From positions 64,001-128,000 of the forward strand of contig JBFOMH010000017.1 in assembly GCA_040830765.1 (NCBI GenBank): a stretch of 64,000 bases of DNA, written 5' to 3'. Positions 43,277 through 53,827 of the stretch are shown here, in pieces. Within the stretch, counting starts at the first letter, position 1, and the number at the start of each line of letters is the position of its first letter. The stretch comes from Puniceicoccaceae bacterium (GTDB lineage: Bacteria; Verrucomicrobiota; Verrucomicrobiia; Opitutales; Oceanipulchritudinaceae). Position numbers and translations under genes: made by a program. A model generated the notes under the pieces. The model worked only from the letters and a program-made list of their open reading frames with translations, ran no database searches and was not told where the DNA came from.

Positions 43277-45919
43277 TCACTTGTACTGAGCCAAGGCTGA
43301 CATCAATTCGGCGTATCTTTGTGATTCCTCCTGATTCAATGCGCTTTCGAGCAGGTTCACCTGCTCATTGGCATCTGCCTGCAGGTCGTAGAGCTCTTCC
43401 TCGCCCGACTCGAAGAGGATATATTTAAAGCGGTCGTCCCGGATGGCCCGGCCGTTCCCGGCTGTGCTGCCGAACTGCTCCATCAGGACATGCGTCTTCC
43501 CGTTCCCGTCCCCGGAGAGGATTCCAACGAGCGAGCCCGAGTCCAGCTGGACAGTTTCGGGAATGACGGAATCGGTGCTGATGCCAGCCAGGTCGAGGCA
43601 GGTCTTGAAGAGGTCGACACAATGGACAAGGGCATCTGTTGCCGGGGCGTCAGTTTTCACTGCCGGGCCGGTTATGAACATCGGGACATGGGTTCCTCCT
43701 TCATAGAGGCTGCCCTTGGAGTGTGGCCGGTCGAATGGCACTTGGACGACTGCACCAGGCGTCCCGTTGTCTCCGATGACGATGATGTTGGTATTGGTGA
43801 GGTCGACCGACTCCAGCAAGCGGGCGATCTCTGTATCAAGCGCCTCGAGTGCCGCCTCGTAGGCGGGGCGCCGGGTACCGCCTGTGGGCTCGTCCGGCAG
43901 GTCGTTGTAGCTGTGCAAGCCGTCCGGCGGCCGGTGAAAAGGCGTGTGGGAAGCGTTGAACCCTATCCAGCAAAACCAGGGATTGTCACCTTGTTGCTGG
44001 ATCCAGGCTGCGGCGTCATCGACCGTCTCGGACGTGGCGTAATTGGTGATCCCTGTCTCCGTGGAACCATTGGTGACCTTGTCCCAGAGGAAGTAGTTTT
44101 CCAGGCCACCGCCGAGGCTGCCCTGGAAGTAGGGCCAACCGCCAATGGTGTTAGGCCGGAGGGCATTGGTAGCAGCGCCACCACCCATGGTTAAGTGCCA
44201 CTTGCCGAATGAGGCCAGCGCATAGGGAGAGTTCGCAGACTGAAAGACTTCCGGGAGGGTGAGTTCCTCCTCTGTCAATTGCATGCTTTGGGTCGCTGGT
44301 GCCCCGATGCCATGACGAAAGGAGTAGCGTCCGGTGAGGATATTGGCGCGAGTAGGGGAGCAGGTAGGCTGGGCGAAGGCATTGTTGAAGATGAGGCCCT
44401 GCCGGGCGAGGTTATCGATTGTCGGCATGGGGGGCAGGGAGGCTTGTAGATTGCTATTGTAGAGACCGGTTGAATCGATTCCCCAATCATCCACGATGAG
44501 GAGGAGAATGTTCGGATGCTCCCGCTTGGCCTCGAGATCCTCCTTGGTGAAGGCGGTCCTCACCGGGCGAACGTAGTTGAAGATGCGGACCTGGTCCAGT
44601 TGTGGCCCGTGACCGCCGGCGTATTCAGCCGGGTCCCCGGTCTTCGGGTCGCTCCGCATGGCACCGGCCCCGTGGGCATTGACCGTCGGTTCGCCGGTAC
44701 TTGAGTCAATTGCACTGGCCTGGCCGAAACAGATGTAGATGGCCCAGCGGAAAAGGTCGTCCCCGAGAGAGGAACTCGTCCAGTACCAGGATTCCATTTC
44801 CGTCAGTTCGAAGATGGGGTCAATAGCGGCAGAGCGATTTTCCGGATCCTCGGCATCGGGTGCCCGGGTGTAATCCACCAGTGTGTGCAGTTCCTTGGGG
44901 TTGGGTAGACGCCAGTCGTCGTAGCCGGCATGCTCGAGGTTTTCCGCCCAATTGAGGGCCTCAATCCAGTCGAGCGCCTCTCCGCTGTCCCCCTTCATCC
45001 ACATGAGGCCGGTGGATAGGTCGGTTATGGTCCCGTCCCCATTGTCGATGTAGTTGTTTTCTCCATACGCATTACCTCCCCGGACACAACGGACAAAGCA
45101 GGTGCCGGTGGGGCCGGAAAGTCCGTTGGGATAGCTCTTGATGCGCCCATCGATAAAGTTGAATCCAAACGTTGAGCTATTGTTGTTCATGGTCCGGCCG
45201 ACATAGGCGTTGGAGGACCAGAATTGACCATCGATATTCCGTTTTGGTCGGTTGGGATTTTCCGCGCTGGCCGGGACAAAGGTGGTCACGGTCAGGGGAT
45301 CGTGCATCGTGAAGTAGGCCGTATCGATGTAGGGCCTGTTGATCGACTGGCGGCTGCTTCCGGTGAAGTCGGCAAGCGAGATAGATTCCTTCATGGTCGG
45401 CAGGCGCCAGTCATCATGACCGCCCAGGACCAGGGATTCAGCATAAGCTTGAGCCGCCTCCCATGTATAAAACGCTTCCGGGGGTACCTGTTGCCACATC
45501 AGTCCGGTGTTGTTGTCAGTTACTGTTCCATTCCCGTTATCTGTATAGCTCGCCAGGGTACCCGCATAAATGGCGTCCTGGCCGTAATAGGCCTCGCCGG
45601 GGGATGGGTTGATGGTGTCGCCGTTGGTGTCATAGGATTGAGCCTGGTTGGTATCCACAACCGCGTAGTTAAGGACATCGTAGACGACCTGGAACCAGCG
45701 GTCCTGGAGCGTACCTACCAGGTGGGGTGACTCGGTGGCTTCCTCCACGAAACTTCCGCCCCCGGGCGCGTCTGAGGCGAAGAGGGTACCCTTGCCCTGC
45801 CAGCTTACCGACATGCCGGAAGGTGACAGAACCACCTCCGGAGCCATCACTACTTCTGCCGATACAGGTTGTGTCGACATGACGATGGAAAGGCCAATGA
45901 TCTTAATAACTCTGTTCAT
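43277..45919 (-). CDS. Secreted DUF1566 (Lcl) x2 - sulfatase fusion protein
   Basis: Two DNG.GT.TD..TGLMW...DDWRLP repeats, then PNILLLIVDD, CSPTR, GKWHL, GDNG, KGSLYEGG. Confidence 0.88.
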   Translation of the reverse strand: MNRVIKIIGLSIVMSTQPVSAEVVMAPEVVLSPSGMSVSWQGKGTLFASDAPGGGSFVEEATESPHLVGTLQDRWFQVVYDVLNYAVVDTNQAQSYDTNGDTINPSPGEAYYGQDAIYAGTLASYTDNGNGTVTDNNTGLMWQQVPPEAFYTWEAAQAYAESLVLGGHDDWRLPTMKESISLADFTGSSRQSINRPYIDTAYFTMHDPLTVTTFVPASAENPNRPKRNIDGQFWSSNAYVGRTMNNNSSTFGFNFIDGRIKSYPNGLSGPTGTCFVRCVRGGNAYGENNYIDNGDGTITDLSTGLMWMKGDSGEALDWIEALNWAENLEHAGYDDWRLPNPKELHTLVDYTRAPDAEDPENRSAAIDPIFELTEMESWYWTSSSLGDDLFRWAIYICFGQASAIDSSTGEPTVNAHGAGAMRSDPKTGDPAEYAGGHGPQLDQVRIFNYVRPVRTAFTKEDLEAKREHPNILLLIVDDWGIDSTGLYNSNLQASLPPMPTIDNLARQGLIFNNAFAQPTCSPTRANILTGRYSFRHGIGAPATQSMQLTEEELTLPEVFQSANSPYALASFGKWHLTMGGGAATNALRPNTIGGWPYFQGSLGGGLENYFLWDKVTNGSTETGITNYATSETVDDAAAWIQQQGDNPWFCWIGFNASHTPFHRPPDGLHSYNDLPDEPTGGTRRPAYEAALEALDTEIARLLESVDLTNTNIIVIGDNGTPGAVVQVPFDRPHSKGSLYEGGTHVPMFITGPAVKTDAPATDALVHCVDLFKTCLDLAGISTDSVIPETVQLDSGSLVGILSGDGNGKTHVLMEQFGSTAGNGRAIRDDRFKYILFESGEEELYDLQADANEQVNLLESALNQEESQRYAELMSALAQYK

Positions 45920-45920
45920 T

Positions 45921-47435
45921 TCAATTATCGTTTGCGGGCAATTGGATCAGGAAGGAAATGTCGTCTTCCCGGTTTCGTGCCAACGACAGCTGTCCCTTGT
46001 GCGCCTTGACGAATTCCCTGGCCAGGGAAAGGCCAAGGCCACGACCTTCTTTCCCGGTCTCACGGGCGGTATCGCTCCGGAAGAAGCGGTCGAACAACTG
46101 CTCAGCGGAGGCCTCGGGAATCGCCGGGCCGGCATTGATGACTTCAATCTCGACAAGGTCTGTCCCGCTCCGTACCTGCACCTTCACGAATCCATCCATC
46201 CGGTTGTATTTTATGGCGTTGGAAATGACATTGAGGATAGCCTGGCGGATGAGATCCCGGTCACAGCTAATGACAATGTCTGCCTCGATTGTCTGCTGGA
46301 ATTGCAGGTCCGGGTCTATGAGGACGGTGTCCTCCATGATCTCCTCGACCATCGCACTGAGATTGACCTCCTTTGCCTCGACCGGCAGCCTTCCGCTGTC
46401 AGCGAGGGACAAGAGGAGCAGTTTGCGCACGACTTCCTTGAGGTTGTGAACTTCCTCGAAGATAGTTGCCAGCTGCTGCTGGGATTCCGTGTCGATACTG
46501 CCTGATTGGACCAGCAGATCGAGGTGCCCCTGGAGGATGGTCAGGGGCGTATTCAATTCATGGGCGGCATCCGCGCTGAAGCGGCGGGACTGCTCAAAGC
46601 TTCGTTCCAACCGGTCCAGCATCTCGTTGTAGACCTGGATCAATTCCGCAAATTCAGGATCCGCCCCCTTGGCGTCGAGCCGCTTGTCCAGTCCTTCAGC
46701 TGTGATATCCGAGGCTGCCGCGGTCAATCGCCTGACAGGCCCCACTGCTTTTCCGGCAAAGTACCAGGCCACCAACGCGATAACAAGCAAGGCAACGGGC
46801 AGGGCCAGGTATATGGCTTTGCGGTAACTGGCCATCGACTCTTCAAAGGACAGCATGTCCCTGGCCAGTAGAAGGACACCAGTCCCGTCGGAAAAGCCAA
46901 GGATTCGCCAACGGGTTTCCCCGCCTTCGACAGTGGTAAAGACTGCATTCCCCATACTGGGGAGTTGCGGTCGGGGTGGGGGTCTCATCCGTCGCTCCGG
47001 TGGGGGCGGGCGGTCCCCGGGAATCCGCTCCGGCAGATTAAATAGCCGCGACTGGACCAGTTCCTTTCCTTCCCCAAGGTAAAGGTCAGGAATCGTTGAA
47101 CCAATGGTTCTGGCGTCCAGACCTTCCGGCCAGTTCTGCCCCAAGTGGACTTTCCCGTCGGGCAGATGGACAAAACTGAAGGCATGGCTGGCTGGTTCCT
47201 CCTCCGTTCCGGCTTCTTCCGGACGCGGGGGTCGAATCCGCTCCGGACTGATAGAGATCATGAAACGCCATCCTTCCTTGAGGGAAGTGGTCACCAGTTC
47301 AGCATCCAGTTTCTGGATCGCCGCAATCCGGACCAGCTGCCAGGAAATACCGATGAAGCTCCCAAGGGCCAGTCCGCTGACAAGCGTCATGATTAGCACC
47401 AGGCGCCAGCGCCACGAGAGGGATTGACGACTCAT
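45921..47435 (-). CDS. HAMP-domain sensor histidine kinase
   Basis: Two TM segments, DAAHELNTPL, NAIKY, FDRFFR, GRGLGLSL. Confidence 0.93.
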   Translation of the reverse strand: MSRQSLSWRWRLVLIMTLVSGLALGSFIGISWQLVRIAAIQKLDAELVTTSLKEGWRFMISISPERIRPPRPEEAGTEEEPASHAFSFVHLPDGKVHLGQNWPEGLDARTIGSTIPDLYLGEGKELVQSRLFNLPERIPGDRPPPPERRMRPPPRPQLPSMGNAVFTTVEGGETRWRILGFSDGTGVLLLARDMLSFEESMASYRKAIYLALPVALLVIALVAWYFAGKAVGPVRRLTAAASDITAEGLDKRLDAKGADPEFAELIQVYNEMLDRLERSFEQSRRFSADAAHELNTPLTILQGHLDLLVQSGSIDTESQQQLATIFEEVHNLKEVVRKLLLLSLADSGRLPVEAKEVNLSAMVEEIMEDTVLIDPDLQFQQTIEADIVISCDRDLIRQAILNVISNAIKYNRMDGFVKVQVRSGTDLVEIEVINAGPAIPEASAEQLFDRFFRSDTARETGKEGRGLGLSLAREFVKAHKGQLSLARNREDDISFLIQLPANDN

Positions 47436-48106
47436 GTCTCCTCCTTTCGGATCCGGTATCCCACTCCACGAACGGTTTCGATCAGGGGATTATTCCTGTC
47501 ATCAATCTTCAAACGTAGTCGTTTTATATATACATCGACAATATTGGTGTTGGGGTCGAAGTCATAGTTCCAGACAGCGTCAAGGATTTGGGTCCGGTTG
47601 TAGACGCGGCCGGGACTACGCATCAGAAGCTCCAGCAAATTGAACTCGCGGGGTGTCAATTCGATGCTCTCATCGCCGCGTTTCACTTCACGGGTGGCCA
47701 GGTTGATGGACAAGTCCTCCACGGCGACCAGGTTCATGCCGCTGCCCGTTGTCCGGCGCACGATGGCATTCAAGCGCGCGATCAGTTCATCGATATGGAA
47801 GGGCTTGGGCAGATAATCATCCGCGCCAAGGTTCAGTCCTTCCAGCTTATCATCGAGGGCGCCGCGGGCCGTGACGAGGATTACCGGGACATTGATTTTG
47901 CGTCCCCGCAGTTCCTTGAGAACGCCAAGGCCGTCCTTGCCGTGGATCATGATATCAAGGATGATGGCATCGTAGGGTGTATGCATGGCCAGCTCCAGGG
48001 CGGTATCCCCGTTGCTGGTCGAATCGAAGCTGATCCCGGTCGCCTTGAGACCTTTCTCCATAAAGCTGCGGATCTTCGCTTCATCCTCTACAAGAAGCAC
48101 TTTCAT
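47432..48106 (-). CDS. OmpR-family response regulator (CusR/CzcR-like)
   Basis: LLVED, ILD, GADDYLPKPF, LTPREF, TVRGVGY. Confidence 0.93.
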   Translation of the reverse strand: MKVLLVEDEAKIRSFMEKGLKATGISFDSTSNGDTALELAMHTPYDAIILDIMIHGKDGLGVLKELRGRKINVPVILVTARGALDDKLEGLNLGADDYLPKPFHIDELIARLNAIVRRTTGSGMNLVAVEDLSINLATREVKRGDESIELTPREFNLLELLMRSPGRVYNRTQILDAVWNYDFDPNTNIVDVYIKRLRLKIDDRNNPLIETVRGVGYRIRKEET

Positions 48107-48149
48107 CTTCCCAAAGATGCAATATCAAGCGAATCCGGGCAAGGATTCT

Positions 48150-48207
48150 AAAATTAATTTTTTGTCATCAAAGGGTTCATGGAACGTTCATCTTTCCTGT
48201 GTAGACT
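48150..48207 (+). promoter_or_regulatory. Putative OmpR-family binding repeats and -10
   Basis: (G/T)TCAT at 48164, 48176 and 48187 (11-12 bp period), then TAGACT, in the divergent promoter. Confidence 0.45.
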
Positions 48208-48250
48208 GCCTTCCAGAAATCAGAAATTTCACATCAAAAAGGAAAGATAC

Positions 48251-48646
48251 ATGAAGAAACTAATCGCAATAATGACGATAGGAATCGTCCTCACCGCCAA
48301 TGCCTTTGCGGAGACGGAAGGCGAGCGTCCAAAGCGGCCTAATCCCGAAGCGTTGGCAGCCAAGCTGATTGCCGACTTTGATACTGATGGCAGTGCCACC
48401 CTCAATGAAGAGGAACTGGCGGAAGCCCTTGTGTTCATGCGGGAAAACCGCCCCCGGCCGCAAAACCGCCCGGAGATGAAGCAGCGCCGGGAGCCGCCCC
48501 CTCCGGAAAAAGTGGCCGAGCGCATGCTTGAGAACCACGATGCTGATGGGGATGCCCTTCTTTCAGAGGAAGAGCTGGTAGAAGCCTTGTCCAGCATGCC
48601 GCGGCCGGGTCGTCGACCAGGCGGCCCCCGTTCTCAGCAGGGTTAA
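48251..48646 (+). CDS. Secreted two-EF-hand protein
   Basis: Signal peptide; DTDGSATLNEEE and DADGDALLSEEE; Pro/Arg-rich linkers. Confidence 0.85.
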   Translation: MKKLIAIMTIGIVLTANAFAETEGERPKRPNPEALAAKLIADFDTDGSATLNEEELAEALVFMRENRPRPQNRPEMKQRREPPPPEKVAERMLENHDADGDALLSEEELVEALSSMPRPGRRPGGPRSQQG

Positions 48647-48675
48647 TTTCCTGGTTGTTTGGGAGTACATGCAGG

Positions 48676-48708
48676 AGCTGGCCCATGCCTTTGTGGCGTG
48701 GGCCAGCT
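48676..48708 (+). terminator. Stem-loop after EF-hand gene
   Basis: AGCTGGCCCATGCC-TTTGT-GGCGTGGGCCAGCT; weak U-tract. Confidence 0.55.
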
Positions 48709-48758
48709 TGACCAATTTCTACCTAAGCCTATCATGTTGTATCTCTTAATTGACCCCG

Positions 48759-49577
48759 ATGAAGTCCTTTAAGTTCATTCTCCTGGCCTTTGTTTCCGGC
48801 GCGCTCGTCGGAGGCATTACTTCCATGTATATCACGGCGGGTTATGAAGGCGATTCAGAACCTGAGGTCCCTCTTTCGCAGGAGCAGAGCGTTGCCAGTG
48901 ATCCAGGTGATGACAGAACCACGCTGCTGAAGCGCATTCGCGAACAGGAGGCCGAGATAGCAGTTCTCAAGTCCGGTAACCAAACTATTGATCCGCCTGC
49001 CGCGGAAGGTGAGGAAGTGAATCCCGAAGAGGCGGAACAGGACGCACGCAGGGATTTCTTCCGGTCCCGGATGGAGGAACGGATGAATCAGCGGGTGGAG
49101 GAAATGGCAGTCAACCTTGGCCTGAACGATGGACAACGTCAATTGCTTCAGGAAGTCTACCGCCAGCAATTCGAAAATCTGCGGGCCCGGCGAAGCGGGG
49201 AGGAAGTAGCACCTTTCAATTTTGACGGGGCTGTGGAAAGTATCCTTTCCCCGGAGCAGTTTGAGAAGTATCTCGAGACTTCCCAGCAGGAAATCTACAA
49301 CCGCGCTGAACTGATGGCGACCACACAGATGGTCCGGCTCTCGCAATCAGTGGAATTAACCTCCGAGCAGGAAGGCCTTGTCTATGATGCGATCCACTTT
49401 ACTGCCCAGGAGGCCATGATTTCCCGTCAGACCGGGTCCGACTACAATATGCGCGAAGTCGTCAATGAAAGGCTTTCGACTATTCTTACGGAGGAGCAGT
49501 TCAAGGCTTACCAGGAAAGCGGAGGTGGATTTGGTGGCGGTCCCGGACGTGGCCGGGGTGGATTCCCGCCTCCTTAA
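48759..49577 (+). CDS. Membrane-anchored helical protein (Spy/CpxP-like repeats)
   Basis: N-terminal TM; LGLNDGQ...ILSPEQFEKY and LTSEQ...ILTEEQFKAY. Confidence 0.65.
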   Translation: MKSFKFILLAFVSGALVGGITSMYITAGYEGDSEPEVPLSQEQSVASDPGDDRTTLLKRIREQEAEIAVLKSGNQTIDPPAAEGEEVNPEEAEQDARRDFFRSRMEERMNQRVEEMAVNLGLNDGQRQLLQEVYRQQFENLRARRSGEEVAPFNFDGAVESILSPEQFEKYLETSQQEIYNRAELMATTQMVRLSQSVELTSEQEGLVYDAIHFTAQEAMISRQTGSDYNMREVVNERLSTILTEEQFKAYQESGGGFGGGPGRGRGGFPPP

Positions 49578-51100
49578 GCGCTTTCCAAGGCGTTCCGGCT
49601 AAAATTCTGGTAGCAGACTGGGCGCTGGAAGCGCCTGATGGATTGAATCCCAACTGCTGTAAAGCGGCTGTCGGTCGTGGCAGGGTAGGGCCCGCCATGG
49701 ACCATGACCGGACAGACTTCCACGCCCGTTGGCCATCCATTGCAGACAATCCGGCCGGCCTTGGTCTCCAGTTTTTCGACTAATTCCGCGAAGTCCTCCA
49801 AGTCTGCATCCGTCGCATGGAAGCTGGCCGTCAGTTGTCCTCCAATTGCATCAAGGACGGTGAGGTAATCAGTCTTGTCCTTGCAAATAACGATGAGTGA
49901 AGCGGGACCGAAGACTTCCTCCGCCAATTCCGGCTGTAAGGCGAAAATACCGGAGTCAACCTTGAACAGGGCGGGACCTGCGCGGAATCCAGCAGCGTTC
50001 TCGCTTTGCCCCGGTTCCAGCAGGCAGGTTACGCCAGTGGTTCCAGAAAGCCTTTTTATTACGGAAAGATAATTTTCCTGAATGCCTCCGTTGAGCATCA
50101 CCTCCGGCGGTTTGGTGCGGAGGAGGCTTAGAACTTCATCGATGAAGCATTGTGCATCCGGGGAATCCGGCAAAAGCACCAGTCCCGGGTTGGTGCAGAA
50201 TTGGCCAACCCCGAGGGTTAAGGATTCGACAAAGCCTGAGGCCAGGATTTTTGGATTCCGGCTTAGCTGATCCGGAAGTATGGATACCGGATTAATACTG
50301 CTCATCTCGGCAAAAACAGGGATCGGTTCGGGCCTGCGCGCAGCGAGGTCAAAAAGTGCGCGACCGCCACGTTCGCTTCCCGTAAAGCCAACGGCCTTGA
50401 TCAGCGGGTGTTTGACCAATGCCGAACCGACGGCAGTTTTCTCATCGAACAAAAGGCTGAAGACCCCCGCCGGCATTCCTGTGGAACCCACCGCATCGCA
50501 GATAGCCTGGCCAACCAGCTCGGATGTTCCCGGATGGCCCGCGTGGGCCTTGACAATTACGGGGCATCCGGCGGCCAACGCCGCCGCCGTATCCCCGCCG
50601 GCGACATCATAGGCCAAGGGGAAATTTGCCGGCCCGAAAACGGCCACGGGACCAATGGGGATAAAGCGTTGGGCAAGTGCCGGCTTCGGCAGGGGCTGCC
50701 GTTCCGGTCGAGCCTCCTCCGTTTGTGGACGGTCCCATTCCTGCGATTCGAGAAGGTCTGCGAATTGGTTCAATTGCAGGCAGGTTCTGCCACGCTCCCC
50801 AATGGCCCGAGCTTCAGGAAGGCCACTTTCTTTCATGTAGCGGTGGATCAGTATATCCCCCATGGCCTCGATATTGCCCGCTATGGCCCGGAGAAATGCC
50901 CCCCGTTGGCCGGCAGCGTTCTTCCGGTACAAAGGGAAGGCTTCCGCTGCCCGCTGGCAGGCGGAATTGGTATCGCCCGGACTGGCAGGGTAGTAGGGGG
51001 GATCCAGTTGTTTGCCGTTAGCCGGGTTGACGGCATGAAAAGGTGAACCCGTCGCTTGGGCATGGGTGGAAGCAATAAGGGAGAGGCCTTGAAGTGACAT
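49574..51100 (-). CDS. Aldehyde dehydrogenase (NADP+), alpha-ketoglutaric semialdehyde dehydrogenase-like
   Basis: NFPLA, GFTGS..GG, AEMSSINP, GQFCTNPG, EEVFGP, HGGPYPAT. Confidence 0.9.
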   Translation of the reverse strand: MSLQGLSLIASTHAQATGSPFHAVNPANGKQLDPPYYPASPGDTNSACQRAAEAFPLYRKNAAGQRGAFLRAIAGNIEAMGDILIHRYMKESGLPEARAIGERGRTCLQLNQFADLLESQEWDRPQTEEARPERQPLPKPALAQRFIPIGPVAVFGPANFPLAYDVAGGDTAAALAAGCPVIVKAHAGHPGTSELVGQAICDAVGSTGMPAGVFSLLFDEKTAVGSALVKHPLIKAVGFTGSERGGRALFDLAARRPEPIPVFAEMSSINPVSILPDQLSRNPKILASGFVESLTLGVGQFCTNPGLVLLPDSPDAQCFIDEVLSLLRTKPPEVMLNGGIQENYLSVIKRLSGTTGVTCLLEPGQSENAAGFRAGPALFKVDSGIFALQPELAEEVFGPASLIVICKDKTDYLTVLDAIGGQLTASFHATDADLEDFAELVEKLETKAGRIVCNGWPTGVEVCPVMVHGGPYPATTDSRFTAVGIQSIRRFQRPVCYQNFSRNALESA

Positions 51101-51208
51101 AACGGGTAAGCTTTAACGAAAACCCTAAAGGACCGGCCCCGATTTGCCAAACATCGTTTTCCACATTTCTGCATTGCGAGGTTATTTTCTCCCGGATTGA
51201 ATGCGGGC

Positions 51209-52918
51209 ATGAAGGACTTGTTGCAGAGGCTGGTACCCATACCGCGTGAGATCCTTCTTGTTGGCAGTGGCGGGTTGTGGCGCGAGGCTTCCTTGCAGCA
51301 GTCCCTGGTTGGCGATCTCGGTTCCGAGGGTTATCGCATTTCAGCAAGTGGAACCAGCATACTCATCGAGGCCTCAGGGGATAAGGGATTTTTCTATGCC
51401 CGTCAGACAATCACCCAGCTTCGCAGGATCACGGGAGGTAGTTATCCGGGTTTTCGGATTTCCGACGCACCGGCCTTTCCCATACGGGGTTACATGCTCG
51501 ACATCAGCCGGTGCAAGGTCCCGCGCATGGAACAGCTGTTTCATCTGGTCGACCTGTTGGCCTTGTTCAAGTTCAACCAGCTCCAGCTCTACACGGAACA
51601 TACATTCGCTTATGAAGGGCATGAAACGGTCTGGAACGATGCCTCACCAATGACGCCCGGGGAGGTCCGTGAGTTGGAGAAGTATTGTTCCAGTCGCTAC
51701 ATTGAACTGGTGCCAAACCAGAATGCATTCGGTCACATGGAGCGATGGTTGCGCCATCCCCAATATCGCCACCTTGCGGAAAGTCCTGATGGCTTCGAGC
51801 ACCCGGTCGCCGGTTGGAAGCCGCATGGATCGGTCCTCCGCCCGGGACCGGATTCGATCGCCTTTGTTAGTGGTTTGCTGGAGCAGTTGCTCCCTTGTTT
51901 CAACAGCGAGTTCATTCATCTGGGCTGTGATGAGCCATGGGAACTCGGCCAGGGCCTTAGTTCAGAAAGGGTGGAACGGGATGGCCGGCACGCCGTCTAC
52001 AAGGAGCACTTGCTCGCTCTTCACGACTTGGTCAGTCAGCACAATCGACGCATGCTTTTCTGGTCGGATGAGTTGCGGGGGGAGCCTTCCCGCATCCGGG
52101 AATTTCCCTCGGACATGATTCCAGTCGTCTGGGGCTATGAGGGCGACCACGATTTTGATACTGAATGCGCTGCTTATGCTGCCGCCGATCATCCCTTCCT
52201 TATCGCACCGGGCGACTCTTCCTGGAACAGTTTTTCCGGGCGTCTTGTCACCGCCTTGCGGAATATTGAGAAGGCCGTGGAGGCGGCCCAAAGGCATAAG
52301 GCGGAAGGGCTCCTGCTAACCAGTTGGGGGGACCAGGGGCACCAGCAAACATGGCCGGCTCAACTACCCGGTCTCGTTTGTTTCGCGGCAGGCGCGTGGA
52401 ATCCTTCGGGATTACCACAGCTCGCGATCGATAAAGCCCTTGATCAGATTGTCTTTCAGGATACTTCTGGCCAGCTTGGCAAGTTTTGGGTCAAGCTGGC
52501 CCGGCTGGATTCCCATCTGCCTGGCGAATTACATGTTCCCAATAGCAGCTTTCCTTACGATGCTGTTTACGCATCAAAGTCCCACCTGCGACACCTGGTC
52601 CGGCATCTGGATCACGATGTCTTCTTCCCGGCCCTGAGCCAGTTGGAGGATTGCGCCAAGCAACTTGACCGGGCAAGTCCCGCTTGTGCCGATGGGGACA
52701 CGCTCCTTGAGGAGTCGAACCTGGCCCTCGAGATGACCCGCGCTGCCCTGAAGCGGGCAGAGACCATGCTCAAGGAGGGAAATGGCACTTTCCCAAGCGA
52801 CGAGTGGATGCTGCTTGCTCATCGGTTCCGCAAGGTTTGGTTGATGCGCAACCGGGAGGGCGGTCTGGAGGAGAGTCTTTCCCGGCTCCGCCTAGAAAGT
52901 CCCCACAACCACGCTTAG
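51209..52918 (+). CDS. GH20-family beta-N-acetylhexosaminidase-like protein
   Basis: RGYMLDISR, QLYTEH, FGHMERWL, HLGCDE, WGDQGH. Confidence 0.88.
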   Translation: MKDLLQRLVPIPREILLVGSGGLWREASLQQSLVGDLGSEGYRISASGTSILIEASGDKGFFYARQTITQLRRITGGSYPGFRISDAPAFPIRGYMLDISRCKVPRMEQLFHLVDLLALFKFNQLQLYTEHTFAYEGHETVWNDASPMTPGEVRELEKYCSSRYIELVPNQNAFGHMERWLRHPQYRHLAESPDGFEHPVAGWKPHGSVLRPGPDSIAFVSGLLEQLLPCFNSEFIHLGCDEPWELGQGLSSERVERDGRHAVYKEHLLALHDLVSQHNRRMLFWSDELRGEPSRIREFPSDMIPVVWGYEGDHDFDTECAAYAAADHPFLIAPGDSSWNSFSGRLVTALRNIEKAVEAAQRHKAEGLLLTSWGDQGHQQTWPAQLPGLVCFAAGAWNPSGLPQLAIDKALDQIVFQDTSGQLGKFWVKLARLDSHLPGELHVPNSSFPYDAVYASKSHLRHLVRHLDHDVFFPALSQLEDCAKQLDRASPACADGDTLLEESNLALEMTRAALKRAETMLKEGNGTFPSDEWMLLAHRFRKVWLMRNREGGLEESLSRLRLESPHNHA

Positions 52919-53827
52919 GGAAATCAGCGAGAAGAGGGTGCTCAGGATGATGGCCCCGGATGCCATGGCGCCATCCCCGTGCAACCGTTTGGCGATGACA
53001 TAACTGGCCACTGCGGTGGGGGTGGCCGTGAATACCATCAGGATCAGCATGTCAGTGGGGGCGAGGTCAAAGGGCAAGGCAATCATCCATGCCAGCAGGG
53101 GCATCAGGAATACCTTCAGGCCGGCCGCCAGCACGGCGCTGCGGTACCGCCCTTCCATCGAGGTCAGGGCCATTCCACCACCAACGCAGACCAAGGCCAT
53201 TGGAGCAGCTGTCCTGCCCATGAAATCCAGTGTGTCACCCAGAAACGAGGGTAAGTTGAATGGAAGCACATAGATACACAGGCCAGCGACAGTGGCAATC
53301 GTCAGCGGGTTTTTCAGAACTTGAACAAACGTCTTTCCGATTGAGGCTTTCTGTGAGCTGTTACCCCCGGTGAGAACCAGTACCGAGGTGATGTTATAAA
53401 AAATCATGATCGGTGCGAAGATAAACACCGCCCGGGCGATAAGCCGGGTTGACTCTTCCTCCGGAAGATCCCTCAGGGCGTAAACCAGGATCGGTATCGC
53501 AATGAAGGCAATATTCCCCCGGAACGAACCCTGCATGAGGGTTCCATGCTGCCACCTCTCCAGGCCGAGTCCCTTGGCGACAAGTTTCGCCGCTCCGATA
53601 ACCAGAATGGTGGCACTGAAGAAGGTTGCCAGGATCGGTAATGATCCGCCCGTGATGTCCTCCGCCCGGTCGAGGTTAATGATGATCAGTGATGGAAGGC
53701 AGATCCAATAAACAAGCTTGTTCAGCTCGTCCAGGAACGGCTTGGTGATGAATCCCTTCCGGGCCAGGAGATAACCGAGGCCGACTATGGCAAAGACGGG
53801 AAACAGGGTCTGGAAGGTGTGTAGCAT
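52892..53827 (-). CDS. AEC-family transporter
   Basis: LNKLVYWICLP, RGN...IPI, KNP, PTAVASY; about 10 TM helices. Confidence 0.88.
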   Translation of the reverse strand: MLHTFQTLFPVFAIVGLGYLLARKGFITKPFLDELNKLVYWICLPSLIIINLDRAEDITGGSLPILATFFSATILVIGAAKLVAKGLGLERWQHGTLMQGSFRGNIAFIAIPILVYALRDLPEEESTRLIARAVFIFAPIMIFYNITSVLVLTGGNSSQKASIGKTFVQVLKNPLTIATVAGLCIYVLPFNLPSFLGDTLDFMGRTAAPMALVCVGGGMALTSMEGRYRSAVLAAGLKVFLMPLLAWMIALPFDLAPTDMLILMVFTATPTAVASYVIAKRLHGDGAMASGAIILSTLFSLISLSVVVGTF

